From the NCBI GenBank assembly GCA_963803435.1, contig CAWDML010000001.1:1664001-1728000 (forward strand): 64,000 nt of DNA, given 5' to 3'. Shown here piece after piece: positions 22,295 through 31,790 of the stretch. Each line of letters opens with the position of its first letter. The stretch's first letter is position 1. This DNA is from an uncultured delta proteobacterium. GTDB taxonomy: Bacteria; Myxococcota; Kuafuiibacteriia; Kuafuiibacteriales; Kuafuiibacteriaceae. A program made the translations under genes and the position numbers. Under the pieces are notes generated by a model. It was not told the DNA's origin. It worked only from the letters and a program-made list of their open reading frames with translations, and did not search any database.

Positions 22295-23866
22295 CTACGG
22301 CGCCCGCGTCGCCTTCTCCGTCATCCACCCGATCAGATCCTGCATCACCACCTCGTCGATCCTCCGCCCGGCGTCGGCGTAGCGGGCGGGGGTGGAGGTG
22401 CCGGACTCCTGCTTGAGGAGGTGATCGACGAACTCGTAGGCGAAGAGCTTCGCCTGCTTCTTGGGGAAGGCGTCGGCCATGGGCTTGCCGTCCGCGCGCC
22501 AGGAGATCTCGAAGTCCTTGAAGCCCTGGAAGATGGCGACCGGCTCCGCGACCGCCTTCAAGACCGAGGGAAGGTCGAGCGATCGATACCCGGCGGCCCG
22601 GGCGGCGAACGGCTCGTCGAGGTCGGCGAGCTCCGAGGGCGAGGCGGCGTGGCCGAGGAGGGCAGCGGCGCGGTCCGCGAGGACCAGGTCGACGGGGCGG
22701 AACGGGGGCGCGATCAGGATGACGCCCGTGAGGTCCTCGACGGCGGCGGTGCGGAGGGCGTCGAGGGCGCCAAAGCCGTGGCCGATGAGGAAGATGTGCT
22801 CGGGGTCGACGGCGGGCTGGCGGCGCAGGGCGTCGATCATCGCGCGGGCGTCGGCGATCTGGAGTTCGGCGGTGACACGCTCCGGCGGGATCGTGGAGCT
22901 GGAGGCGCCGACGCCGCGATCGTCGACGCGGAGCACCGCGAAGCCCTGCTCGGCCAGCTGATCGAAGATCTGCCAGGTCCCGTAGTCGGCGCCCCCGGTG
23001 TAGCCGTGCCGGTTTTGGGGCGGGAGATCGGAGAGGAAGACGATGCCGGGTGCCAGGTTCTTCTTCCATTGAGCGCGGAGGCGGGGCTCGGAGAGGACGC
23101 CCGCGAGCTGTCCGCCTTCGACGGGGATGACGATCTGCTTGTCGAGCCAGCTCGCATCGCTCGGGCGCATGTACTCGCGCAACTGCGGGATGGGGAGCAG
23201 CGCCGGCGGATCGCCGGCCGGCTCGACGCGGCGGAGGCGACGTCCGTCGGGACGCACCAGCTCCGCGATCTGGCCGCGGGCGTCGAGCGTAGCCTTGCCG
23301 AAGGGGAGCTGGACCACGGTGCGGCGCTCGGGGTCGGCATAGACCTGGACCGTCCACTCCGTCGGCGCGCCCGCGTCGGGAGCGAAGATCGAGAGCTTCT
23401 TGGTCTGGCCGGGGTGGATCTCCGCCTTCTCGATGACGAGCGCGAGGAGGACCGGATCGTCGCTGGGCAGCAGCGCGCCGGAGAGCGGGGGGAGCCGCTC
23501 GGTGCCGAGGTCGGTGACGCGCGTGACGCTGTTCGCCTCGAACGTCAGCGTCATCCGGCCCTCCGACGAGGAGAGGCGCTTGAACGCGGTCGGGGAGAGA
23601 TCGGACGCGAGCGTCGTCGCGTACTCGACGGTGGTCGTGACCGGCGTGCCCAGAGCGATGCGGGTGACGACCGTCCGCTGACCCGCCGACGCGTCGTACC
23701 GGCTGTGCACGCGCCCGAGCACCCGGCCGTCGGCGCTCTCGAGCGTGTAGGCGACGGCCTCGTTGGGCAGGAAGAGCGCCGCGCTCGACGGCGGCTCGAC
23801 GTCGGGCGCCGGGGTCTGTCCGCCCCCGCAGGCCGCGAGGATGCCGAGGAAGGCCCAACGTCTCAT
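22295..23866 (-). CDS. Lipoprotein with C-terminal alpha/beta hydrolase domain
   Basis: MRRWAFLGILAAC lipobox; 'AVLRVDDRGVGAS', 'IFLIGHGFGA', 'FQGFKD', 'VDHLLK'. Confidence 0.8.
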   Translation of the reverse strand: MRRWAFLGILAACGGGQTPAPDVEPPSSAALFLPNEAVAYTLESADGRVLGRVHSRYDASAGQRTVVTRIALGTPVTTTVEYATTLASDLSPTAFKRLSSSEGRMTLTFEANSVTRVTDLGTERLPPLSGALLPSDDPVLLALVIEKAEIHPGQTKKLSIFAPDAGAPTEWTVQVYADPERRTVVQLPFGKATLDARGQIAELVRPDGRRLRRVEPAGDPPALLPIPQLREYMRPSDASWLDKQIVIPVEGGQLAGVLSEPRLRAQWKKNLAPGIVFLSDLPPQNRHGYTGGADYGTWQIFDQLAEQGFAVLRVDDRGVGASSSTIPPERVTAELQIADARAMIDALRRQPAVDPEHIFLIGHGFGALDALRTAAVEDLTGVILIAPPFRPVDLVLADRAAALLGHAASPSELADLDEPFAARAAGYRSLDLPSVLKAVAEPVAIFQGFKDFEISWRADGKPMADAFPKKQAKLFAYEFVDHLLKQESGTSTPARYADAGRRIDEVVMQDLIGWMTEKATRAP

Positions 23867-23873
23867 CGGCCGC

Positions 23874-24725
23874 TCAATACTTGTAGAACCCGCGGCCGCT
23901 CTTCCGCCCCAGCCAGCCGGCGTCGACGTAGCGGCGCAAGAGCGGCGCGGCCCGGTACTTGTCATCGCCAAGCCCGCGGTGCAGGACGCCCATGATCGCG
24001 AGGCAGGTGTCGAGCCCGATGAAGTCGGCCAGCTCGAGCGGTCCCATGGGCTGGTTGGTGCCGAGCTTCATCCCGGCGTCGATGTCCTCCGGTGTGCCGA
24101 GGCCCTCCTGGAGCGCGACCACGGCCTCGTTGATCATCGGGATCAGGATCCGGTTCACGATGAACCCCGGCTGATCGTCGGACTTGATGGTGGTCTTGCC
24201 CAGGCGCTCGGCCAGCGTGCGCGTCTCCTGGAGCGTGATCTCGTTCGTCTGCAGGCCGGGGATGATCTCGACCAGCTTCATCACCGGCACCGGGTTCATG
24301 AAGTGCATCCCGATGAAGCGCTCGGGCCGCTTGGTGACCGCGGCCAGCCGGGTGATCGAGATCGAGGAGGTGTTCGAGGCCAGGATCGCGCGCTCGGGCA
24401 CCACCCCGTCCACCTCCACGAAGATCTTCTTCTTGAGCTCCTCGTTCTCGTTGATCGCCTCGATCACGAAGTCGGCGTCCGCGAGGACGTCGATCTTCGT
24501 CGAGCCCGCGACCCGCGCCAGCGCCTCCTTCGCGTCCGCGCCGGTGATCCGCCCCTTGTCCGCCAGCTTGGCCAGCCCTTTCTCGATCCGATCCACGCCC
24601 CGCTCGACCGCGGCGACGTCGACGTCGCAGAGGTGGACCTTGATCCCCGCCTGCGCGGCGACCTGCGCGATCCCGGCGCCCATCTGTCCGGCGCCGATCA
24701 CGCCGAGGGTCGTCACTCCGCTCAT
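23874..24725 (-). CDS. hbd: 3-hydroxybutyryl-CoA dehydrogenase
   Basis: GAGQMGAGIA, ASNTSSISI, GMHFMNP, GFIVNRIL, GRKSGRGFY. Confidence 0.93.
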   Translation of the reverse strand: MSGVTTLGVIGAGQMGAGIAQVAAQAGIKVHLCDVDVAAVERGVDRIEKGLAKLADKGRITGADAKEALARVAGSTKIDVLADADFVIEAINENEELKKKIFVEVDGVVPERAILASNTSSISITRLAAVTKRPERFIGMHFMNPVPVMKLVEIIPGLQTNEITLQETRTLAERLGKTTIKSDDQPGFIVNRILIPMINEAVVALQEGLGTPEDIDAGMKLGTNQPMGPLELADFIGLDTCLAIMGVLHRGLGDDKYRAAPLLRRYVDAGWLGRKSGRGFYKY

Positions 24726-25903
24726 TGCTCCACCACCACCGCGACCGCCTCACCCCCGCCGATGCAGAGCGAGGCCAGCCCCCGGCGCTTGTCGAGCCGC
24801 TTCATCGCGTGGAGGAGCGTGGTCAGGATCCGCGCTCCCGAGGCGCCGATCGGGTGTCCGAGCGCCACCGCGCCGCCGTGCACGTTCACCTTGCTGCGGT
24901 CGAGCCCCAGCTTCTGCTCGTTCGCGATCGAGACCACCGCGAAGGCCTCGTTGATCTCGAACAGGTCGATGTCCGACACCTTCAGCGACATCCGCTCGAG
25001 CGTGCCCGCGATCGCCTTGGCGGGCGCAGTGGTGAACCACTCGGGGGCCTGAGCCGCGCTCCCATACCCGGTGATCTGCGCCAGCCAGCTGCGCCCGTGC
25101 TTCTCCGCCCACTCGCGGGAGGCCAGGACCACCATCGACGCGCCGTCGTTCAGCGAGCTGGCGTTGGCCGCGGTGACCGTGCCGTCCTTCTGGAACGAGG
25201 GGCGCAACGACGCGAACTTGTCCGGCCGCCCGCGCCCCGGCTCCTCGTCCTCGCCGACGCGGATCGGATCGCCCTTCCGCTGCGGGACCTCGACCGGGAC
25301 GATCTCCTCGGCGAACCAGCCGTTCTTCTGCGCGGCCAGCGCGCGCCGGTAGCTCTCGACCGCGAACTCGTCCTGGGCCGCGCGGGGCACGTTGCACTCG
25401 CGCGCGCAGAGCTCGGCGGCGCTCCCCATGTGGTAGTCGTTGTAGACGTCCCAGAGCCCGTCCTTGATCATGCCGTCGATCAGCTTCTGGTCCCCGAACT
25501 TGAGCCCGTCGCGCGCGCCCGCCACGTAATAGGGCACGTTGGACATCGACTCGGCGCCCCCGGCCAGGATGACGTCGGCGTCGCCCGCCTTGATCGCCTG
25601 CGCGCCCAGCATCACGCTCTTCAGCCCCGACCCACAGACCTTGTTGACGGTGGTGCACGGCACCTCCTGCGGGACACCGGCGCCGAGCGACACCTGCCGC
25701 GCGGGCGCCTGCCCCACGCCCGCAGGCAGCACCATGCCGACATAGACCTCCTCCACCTGCTCCGGCTTCACGCCGGCGGCCTCGAGCGCGGCCTTTGCGG
25801 CGATCGCGCCCAGCCTGGGGGCTGGGACATCCTTGAGGGCGCCGAGAAAGGAGCCGATCGGGGTCCGTTTGGCGGCCAGGATGACGACATCTCTCCGGGT
25901 CAT
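24722..25903 (-). CDS. Acetyl-CoA C-acetyltransferase (thiolase)
   Basis: NKVCGSG, NEAFA, GHPIGASG, CIGGG. Confidence 0.96.
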   Translation of the reverse strand: MTRRDVVILAAKRTPIGSFLGALKDVPAPRLGAIAAKAALEAAGVKPEQVEEVYVGMVLPAGVGQAPARQVSLGAGVPQEVPCTTVNKVCGSGLKSVMLGAQAIKAGDADVILAGGAESMSNVPYYVAGARDGLKFGDQKLIDGMIKDGLWDVYNDYHMGSAAELCARECNVPRAAQDEFAVESYRRALAAQKNGWFAEEIVPVEVPQRKGDPIRVGEDEEPGRGRPDKFASLRPSFQKDGTVTAANASSLNDGASMVVLASREWAEKHGRSWLAQITGYGSAAQAPEWFTTAPAKAIAGTLERMSLKVSDIDLFEINEAFAVVSIANEQKLGLDRSKVNVHGGAVALGHPIGASGARILTTLLHAMKRLDKRRGLASLCIGGGEAVAVVVEQ

Positions 25904-25909
25904 GAGCCG

Positions 25910-25938
25910 AGGTCACTCGGCCACGGGAGGGATGTCAA
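25910..25938 (-). promoter_or_regulatory. Sigma70-type promoter of thiolase, probably leaderless
   Basis: Minus strand TTGACA-17 nt-TGACCT-6 nt-ATG; no SD sequence. Confidence 0.5.
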
Positions 25939-25941
25939 GCC

Positions 25942-27081
25942 TCAGATCAACGACGTGGATTCGTACACGTAGCGATCGATGTACTGGAGGATCTGATCTT
26001 TGACCGAGTCGGGAAGGAGCAGGATCACCACCGGCGCCCGGGCCGCCACGATCTCCCAGAAGATGATCGCCTCCAGGAACCCGTCCTCGATCGCGCCGAG
26101 CAGGACCCGCTCGTCAGGACCGATCTGCTCCCCTTCGCGACCCATGCGCACGGCGATCGAGGCGGCCTGGTTGATCAGGCACTCCCGGTACATCGACAGC
26201 CGGAGCGGATCCGCGTCCTGGCTCGCCCGCTCGCCACACTCCGACTCGTAGGCCCAGCACGCAAGGCATGCCGAGAGCGCCAGCCACCGCAGACCCCTCA
26301 CCTTGTCGAACTTGAGCACCACGTCCTCGCCCGAGCGCTCGATGCGGATCCGCGGCGAAAGCCGGTTCGCGCGGATCCTGAGATCGATCTTGGCCAGGGT
26401 CTCGCGCAGCTTCTCCTCGACGTCCTCGTCCGTGCGGTTCAGCATGTACGCTCTGGTCAGCGACTCCTTCGCGCGGCCGTACTCGCTCAGCACGTAGTAG
26501 GTGTCCCCGAGAAAGAGGTACGCCTCGTAGTCCACCGGATTGAGCTCGATCGCCTGGGAGAAGGCCGCCTCCGCGAGATCCAGCTGTCCCAGGAAGAAGA
26601 ACGTCTTGCCGATGTTCGTGTACGTCTTGAAGTACCGCGGCGCGACCTCGATCGCCTTCGCGTACAGGTCCCGCGCGGTGTGGAAGTCCCGCGCGTCGGC
26701 GGCGATGACGGCGTGCTCGAAGATCTCGGCGATCTCCGGCGGCGGCCGGCTGCTCACCAGCTTGATCCGCTCGTGCGCGTCGAGCTTCACCTCGAGGTAC
26801 GGATCGATCTCGCGGGCGTGGCCACGCTGCTCGGGGACCACCTCCGGGATCTGCTGAGGATCGAGATCGTCGTTGGACGCGATCTCGTAGTGGCGTGAGC
26901 TCGCCTCGAGGATCGCGAAGATCCTGTCCGGCCGGAACAGCGCGTCGCGGTCGTCCCGCCGCCGCTGGGCTTCGGTCTCGGGAGAGAGTGAGCGCTGACT
27001 GGGCGCGCAGGCGAGCGCAGAGGCGAGGCCGAGGATTGCGAGCGTCCGTCTCAAAGGGCGTGCTTCAAAAAAGCGTAACAC
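25942..27081 (-). CDS. TPR-repeat lipoprotein
   Basis: Lipobox ALAC; TPR repeats 'ARDLYAKAIEVAP', 'AEAAFSQAIELNP', 'AYLFLGDTYY'. Confidence 0.75.
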   Translation of the reverse strand: MLRFFEARPLRRTLAILGLASALACAPSQRSLSPETEAQRRRDDRDALFRPDRIFAILEASSRHYEIASNDDLDPQQIPEVVPEQRGHAREIDPYLEVKLDAHERIKLVSSRPPPEIAEIFEHAVIAADARDFHTARDLYAKAIEVAPRYFKTYTNIGKTFFFLGQLDLAEAAFSQAIELNPVDYEAYLFLGDTYYVLSEYGRAKESLTRAYMLNRTDEDVEEKLRETLAKIDLRIRANRLSPRIRIERSGEDVVLKFDKVRGLRWLALSACLACWAYESECGERASQDADPLRLSMYRECLINQAASIAVRMGREGEQIGPDERVLLGAIEDGFLEAIIFWEIVAARAPVVILLLPDSVKDQILQYIDRYVYESTSLI

Positions 27082-27123
27082 GGCGGCTCGAGCCTTCGTT
27101 TCCTGGGCCTCCCTGTGCGGCGG

Positions 27124-27471
27124 TCACCCACCTTGGGGACACCGGCATTCGCCGCCGGACACGTTGAACTCGATCACAGCCTCGTGCGCGACGGTGATCG
27201 GTCGTCGTTCGACCTCGATCCGCTCGCCGTCGTCGCAGTCGAGGCTCAAGACCGCCTCGTACGCTCCGCCGGAGAGCTTCGCCTTGTGCGAGATCTCGTA
27301 GCGGCCGGCGACCCGCTCGGCGTGGCCGCGCGCGCGGGTGCGGCCCGAAAACAGGTCGAGTCGGACCTGCTCGACACAGGCGGGATGCGCGATCTCCTCG
27401 CGGAACGTGATCTCGGAGCGACGCAGTCGGGGAAACAGGAGGAAGAGGCCGGCGATCAACACCAGCAGCAC
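27124..27471 (-). CDS. Small membrane-anchored hypothetical protein
   Basis: N-terminal hydrophobic segment; fits the run of minus-strand genes; start uncertain. Confidence 0.55.
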   Translation of the reverse strand: MLLVLIAGLFLLFPRLRRSEITFREEIAHPACVEQVRLDLFSGRTRARGHAERVAGRYEISHKAKLSGGAYEAVLSLDCDDGERIEVERRPITVAHEAVIEFNVSGGECRCPQGG

Positions 27472-27517
27472 GAGCGGGGCGTAGCGGCTCCGGCTCGGAC
27501 GCGAGGGCGCGTCGCTC

Positions 27518-27970
27518 TCAGGGCTCGGATCGATCGCTCCCCTCCGTCTCGGACGGGGGCTCGTCCTCGCTGGGAGACACCTTCGAATCTGCGGAGACCT
27601 CGGGCTTCAGCTTTCCGTCGCTGTGGCGGAACTTCACCGAGGCCGTGAAGTCCATCTGCAGGCCCGTCAGGACCTTGATGACCTCGGTCGAGATGTCGAC
27701 GTGACGAAGGAAGTCGCCCACCTCCTTCCCCACGATGCGGAGCAGCTCCTTGCGCCCGCGATCGCCTTGCTGGAGCAGGTAGTGGATCGCTTCGCGGGAG
27801 AGGCTGCCGGTGTTCTGGACCTGACCCACCGTGTTCTCGATGGCGCGGCGCACGAAGTCCGTCACCACGCCGGGCGGGCGCCGATCCCGCTCCCGGTGCG
27901 AGAACATGTCGTCGTCCTCCAGATCGGCGGTCTCGCGTGCTTCCTCGGTGTCCTGCGGTAACTTGGTCAT
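27518..27970 (-). CDS. Hypothetical protein
   Basis: GGAGG RBS, ATGA coupling, natural protein composition. Confidence 0.75.
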   Translation of the reverse strand: MTKLPQDTEEARETADLEDDDMFSHRERDRRPPGVVTDFVRRAIENTVGQVQNTGSLSREAIHYLLQQGDRGRKELLRIVGKEVGDFLRHVDISTEVIKVLTGLQMDFTASVKFRHSDGKLKPEVSADSKVSPSEDEPPSETEGSDRSEP

Positions 27971-28392
27971 GAACCCTCCGAAAGCGCCCGGAGCGAGATC
28001 CAGGGATCGTTCGACACTTCGCCGCCCGCGTCCTCGAGGACGAAGCCGAACTTCAGCTCCTTCCCCAGCTCCACGTTGCTCGACACCCGCACCACCACCT
28101 CGAGCTCGCCCTCGGTGGCGTCGAGCGCGATGGGAGGCAACTGGCTCGCGAACAGACCGTCGAGCGCGAGCACCGAGGTCTCCTCACCATCGAGCGAAAG
28201 GTGCAGCTTGCCTCCGCCGATATCTCCGTCAGAGTCAGAGAACCGGATCAGGAAGTCGAGCGCATAGGGATCCTGCGGGCTCTGCTGTACGAAGCGCAGC
28301 TCGTCGATCCGCGGCCGACCCGCCGGCCAGTGGGCGGGGTCCTCTCCGCAGGCGACGAGCGTCAGACCGATCAGGACGATCGTCCAGCGCAT
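27967..28392 (-). CDS. Hypothetical lipoprotein
   Basis: MRWTIVLIGLTLVAC lipobox; 'FSDSDGDI' Ig-like motif. Confidence 0.7.
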   Translation of the reverse strand: MRWTIVLIGLTLVACGEDPAHWPAGRPRIDELRFVQQSPQDPYALDFLIRFSDSDGDIGGGKLHLSLDGEETSVLALDGLFASQLPPIALDATEGELEVVVRVSSNVELGKELKFGFVLEDAGGEVSNDPWISLRALSEGS

Positions 28393-28414
28393 CGCCCTGT
28401 CTTGACACGATACG

Positions 28415-29047
28415 TCATTCCAGGTCCACGACGCGCCACCGATCCTGCTGGCGTACGAGCTCCGCCTTCTTCCCGCGGCCGTAGCGGATCCAGGCGCGAT
28501 CACCATCGATCTCGGCCATCTGCGCCCGGATCGGTGTCAGCGCGCTGCGGGCCGCCTCGATCCGGGCCGCGAGGGAGGAAAGGTGAGCCCGGAGGGCCTC
28601 GTCCTGGGCAAACCGAGCCGCAAACTCGTCGGGCATCACGGCCCTCACCTCGCCGAGTCGCCCGCTCTCCACACCGCGAAAAAACGCCACCAGCGCGGCC
28701 TCGGGCGTGTCGGCGTCGAACGGGACCAGACCGCCGTCGCGCACGCGCCAGCCGCCCGACTCCATCACCATCGACAGCCGTCCCCCGTCGCCGAGCTCGA
28801 TGGTCGCGTGCGTCCCCTGTGCGCCGTCGAGCGCGCGGAGCAAGCGCCCGACCTCTTCCGGATGCGCCCGAAGATACGCCGCCACTTGCTCCGGATCGTG
28901 GGCGCGACGAAAGGACGCGTCCGACAACAGCCAGACCTGTTGCGCGTCGTTGGCGCGCAGCGCGGCCGCATAAGCGACGAGCGCGTCCTTGGGATCGGCG
29001 GCGCACCCGCACTGCACCACCAGCAGCACTGTCCAAAGAGGCCTCAT
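28415..29047 (-). CDS. Hypothetical lipoprotein with two NTF2-like repeats
   Basis: ATG overlaps the pyrC stop. Two similar modules 'PKDALVAY...MVMESGGWRV' and 'PEAALVAF...LVRQQDRWRV'. Confidence 0.65.
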   Translation of the reverse strand: MRPLWTVLLVVQCGCAADPKDALVAYAAALRANDAQQVWLLSDASFRRAHDPEQVAAYLRAHPEEVGRLLRALDGAQGTHATIELGDGGRLSMVMESGGWRVRDGGLVPFDADTPEAALVAFFRGVESGRLGEVRAVMPDEFAARFAQDEALRAHLSSLAARIEAARSALTPIRAQMAEIDGDRAWIRYGRGKKAELVRQQDRWRVVDLE

Positions 29048-30327
29048 TCGAGCCGGTGCGTGATCCGTCCGCCGGCGATCGTCACCACGGCGCGGCCCAT
29101 GAAGCTGCGGTCGAGGAGCGGTGTGTTGGAGCAGCGGGAAACGATGGTATCGCGGTCGAGCCGCCAACCGAGCTCCGGATCGATCAGGACCAGATCGCCC
29201 GGCGCGTCCTCGCGGAGGCGTCCGAGATCGATCCGTCCCAGCACGTTGGCCGGACCCCGGGTCATCACGGCGATCGCGCGCTCGAGCGTGAGCTTCTTCT
29301 CCCGGACCAGGAGCAAGACCACGGCGAGCGCGGACTCGAACCCGATGGCGCCGGCGGCCGCGTGGTCGAGCTCCTTGTTCTTGTCGAGCTCGATCTGGGG
29401 GTTGTGATCGCTCGCGACGGCGTCGATGGTGCCGTCGGCCAGGGCGTTCACCAGCGCGTCGACGTCCGCCTGGGTGCGGAGCGGCGGGAACACCTTCGCG
29501 TAGGTGTCGTAGCCGAGCATGGCCCGATCGGTGAGCAGCAGGTGCAGCGGGCTCACCTCCGCGGTCACGCGGATCCCCCGCCGCTTCGCCTGACGGATCA
29601 GCTCGCAGGCAGCGCCGGTGGAGATGTGACCGAGATGCAGGCGGGCGTTCGTCAGCTCGGCGATGGCGAGATCGCGCGCGACCCCCACGACCTCGGCGGC
29701 GCCAGGCGCGCCGGAGAGCCCGAGCCGCGTCGACACCAGACCTTCGTGCATCACGCCGCCCAGCGACAGCGACTCGTCCTCCGCGTGGGTGATCACCAGC
29801 GTGCCCAGGTCTCCCGCGGTCTCCAACGCGTAGCGGAGCAGCTGGCTGTCCTTCACCGACTGATCGCCGTCGGTGAAGCAGACGCAGCCGGCCTCGAGGA
29901 GCTTTGCCATCTCTGCCAGGCGCTTGCCCTCTCGCCCCACCGAGAGCGCGCCCGCCGGCAGCACGCGGGTCGTGCCGGCAGCGGCTGCGCGTTCCTTGAC
30001 CAGGCCCACCACCTCGGAGCGATCGACCGTCGGGTTGGTGGTCGGCATCGCGACGATGGTCGTGAAGCCTCCGCTGGCGGCGGCCTTGACCGCGTTCGCG
30101 AGATCGCCGCGCCGCGTATATCCGGGCTCGCACAGGTGCGCCCGAAGATCGATCAGGCCGGGCACGAGGAGGCGGCCGCGCCCCTCGATGACCTCCTCGC
30201 CGGTGGCGGCCACCGGGGCGTCGAGGTCCGCGATCCGATCGCCCTCCACCACCACGTTCCGATTCGAAGTGTCGATGCCGGAGCCCGGATCGAAGACGCG
30301 CACGTTCTTGAGCACGATCGCCGTCAT
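29044..30327 (-). CDS. pyrC: Dihydroorotase-family protein (possibly inactive PyrC')
   Basis: PGLIDLRAHLCEPG, GGFTT, HAED, HIST, KVFPPLR, ASDHNP; directly downstream of pyrB. Confidence 0.88.
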   Translation of the reverse strand: MTAIVLKNVRVFDPGSGIDTSNRNVVVEGDRIADLDAPVAATGEEVIEGRGRLLVPGLIDLRAHLCEPGYTRRGDLANAVKAAASGGFTTIVAMPTTNPTVDRSEVVGLVKERAAAAGTTRVLPAGALSVGREGKRLAEMAKLLEAGCVCFTDGDQSVKDSQLLRYALETAGDLGTLVITHAEDESLSLGGVMHEGLVSTRLGLSGAPGAAEVVGVARDLAIAELTNARLHLGHISTGAACELIRQAKRRGIRVTAEVSPLHLLLTDRAMLGYDTYAKVFPPLRTQADVDALVNALADGTIDAVASDHNPQIELDKNKELDHAAAGAIGFESALAVVLLLVREKKLTLERAIAVMTRGPANVLGRIDLGRLREDAPGDLVLIDPELGWRLDRDTIVSRCSNTPLLDRSFMGRAVVTIAGGRITHRLE

Positions 30328-31325
30328 CGCCACGGCCCCCGTCGCACTGCCCGCTCCAGCACGGCCATCCGCGCGGCGATGCCGTTGCTGACCTGATGCG
30401 CGACCACGGAGGTGGGGCCGTCGGCCACCTCGGGATCGATCTCGATGCCGCGGTTCATCGGACCCGGATGCATCACGAACGCGCCCGGCTTCATCATCTG
30501 CGCGCGCGCGACGGTGAGGCCGTAGGTCCTCGTATAGTCGCCCAGGCTGGGAAACGGGGGTGGGCCCACCAGACGTTCGAACTGGACACGCAGCATCATC
30601 ACAGCGTCGCAGAGTCCGATCAGATCGTCGATGTTCCGGACGATGGTGGCGCCCAGCGACTCGAGCGCGCGCGGCACCAGGGAGCGGGGCCCGGAGATCA
30701 GCACGCGCGCCCCCAGCTTCGTGAGCAGGTGCAGGTTGGAGCGCGCCACCCGCGAGTGCGCGATGTCGCCGACGATGCCGATGATCCGCCCCTCGAGCGA
30801 CGGGAGGCGATCGAGCAGCGTGAGCGCGTCGAGGAGCGCCTGCGTCGGGTGCTCGTGTGCGCCGTCGCCCGCATTCACCACGGCGGTCTCGCCGACGCTC
30901 TCCGCGGCGCGCGCCAGGAGATCCTGAGCGCCGGCCGCCGAATGACGACACACGATCACGGCGGGCTCCATCGCCGCCAGCGTCCGGCCGGTGTCCCAGA
31001 GGCTTTCGCCCTTCGACACGCTGCTCGAGCTGGAGGCGATGGAGACGATCGATGCACCCAGCTTCTGTGCGGCGATCTCGAACGAGGCGCGCGTGCGGGT
31101 GCTGGCCTCGTAGAAGAGCGTGACCACCGAACGTCCCATCAGCGCATCGGCGCCGAGCGCGGCGTCCTGCCGGAGCTCGCGGGCGCGGCTCAGGATCTTG
31201 GTGATCTCAGCGGCAGGAAGGAACTCGATGCCGAGCAGGTGGCGCTCGGCGAGGCGAAGCGGGACCCGCCCGGGCGCACCGCTCAGCGATGGGAAGTCGT
31301 CACGCAGGTACAGCCCTTCTCCCAC
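30324..31325 (-). CDS. pyrB: Aspartate carbamoyltransferase catalytic subunit (start uncertain: GTG 31325 or 31397)
   Basis: FYEASTRTRASF, SKGESL, NAGDGAHEHPTQ, MHPGPMNRG. Confidence 0.95.
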   Translation of the reverse strand: MGEGLYLRDDFPSLSGAPGRVPLRLAERHLLGIEFLPAAEITKILSRARELRQDAALGADALMGRSVVTLFYEASTRTRASFEIAAQKLGASIVSIASSSSSVSKGESLWDTGRTLAAMEPAVIVCRHSAAGAQDLLARAAESVGETAVVNAGDGAHEHPTQALLDALTLLDRLPSLEGRIIGIVGDIAHSRVARSNLHLLTKLGARVLISGPRSLVPRALESLGATIVRNIDDLIGLCDAVMMLRVQFERLVGPPPFPSLGDYTRTYGLTVARAQMMKPGAFVMHPGPMNRGIEIDPEVADGPTSVVAHQVSNGIAARMAVLERAVRRGPWR

Positions 31326-31774
31326 TTCAACGTGGCCATATCGGTCCGAACCGTACGCTCGAACGTGAAGTTCGTCTTCTTTCCAATCAGCGGCCACTCG
31401 TAGTCATCCTGGTAGATCAGCTCGAGCACGCACTCCTTGCCTCGCGCGCGAAACATGTTGGCTGCGTTCTCGTCATGCGTGAGCGCGCTCAGCTCTTCGG
31501 GCTCATAGGGCACCCGAGTCAATCGAAAGTTATCCTTGCTGATCTTGAGATGCGTGCGCTGCGCGTCCCGGAGCATCTGGTTGATGACCTTCTCGTCGTT
31601 GAACTCGCGGTAGGCGGCGTTGCACGCGCCCTTCATGATCCCGGTCAGCTGAAAGACCGGCCAGAACGCAGGGACGAGGAACCAGATCACGTACGCGATG
31701 GCGAGCCCGATGAGGCCGAGCGTGATCGAAACGGCGTTCAACCGCTTCGGCTTCTTCATCAGGTAGATGTTCAC
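31283..31774 (-). CDS. Single-TM hypothetical protein (DUF4845/pilin-like layout)
   Basis: Basic N-terminus, TM helix, soluble domain; GAGAGG upstream of GTG. Confidence 0.65.
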   Translation of the reverse strand: MNIYLMKKPKRLNAVSITLGLIGLAIAYVIWFLVPAFWPVFQLTGIMKGACNAAYREFNDEKVINQMLRDAQRTHLKISKDNFRLTRVPYEPEELSALTHDENAANMFRARGKECVLELIYQDDYEWPLIGKKTNFTFERTVRTDMATLKWEKGCTCVTTSHR

Positions 31775-31790
31775 GCCCTGGCCTCTCGCT

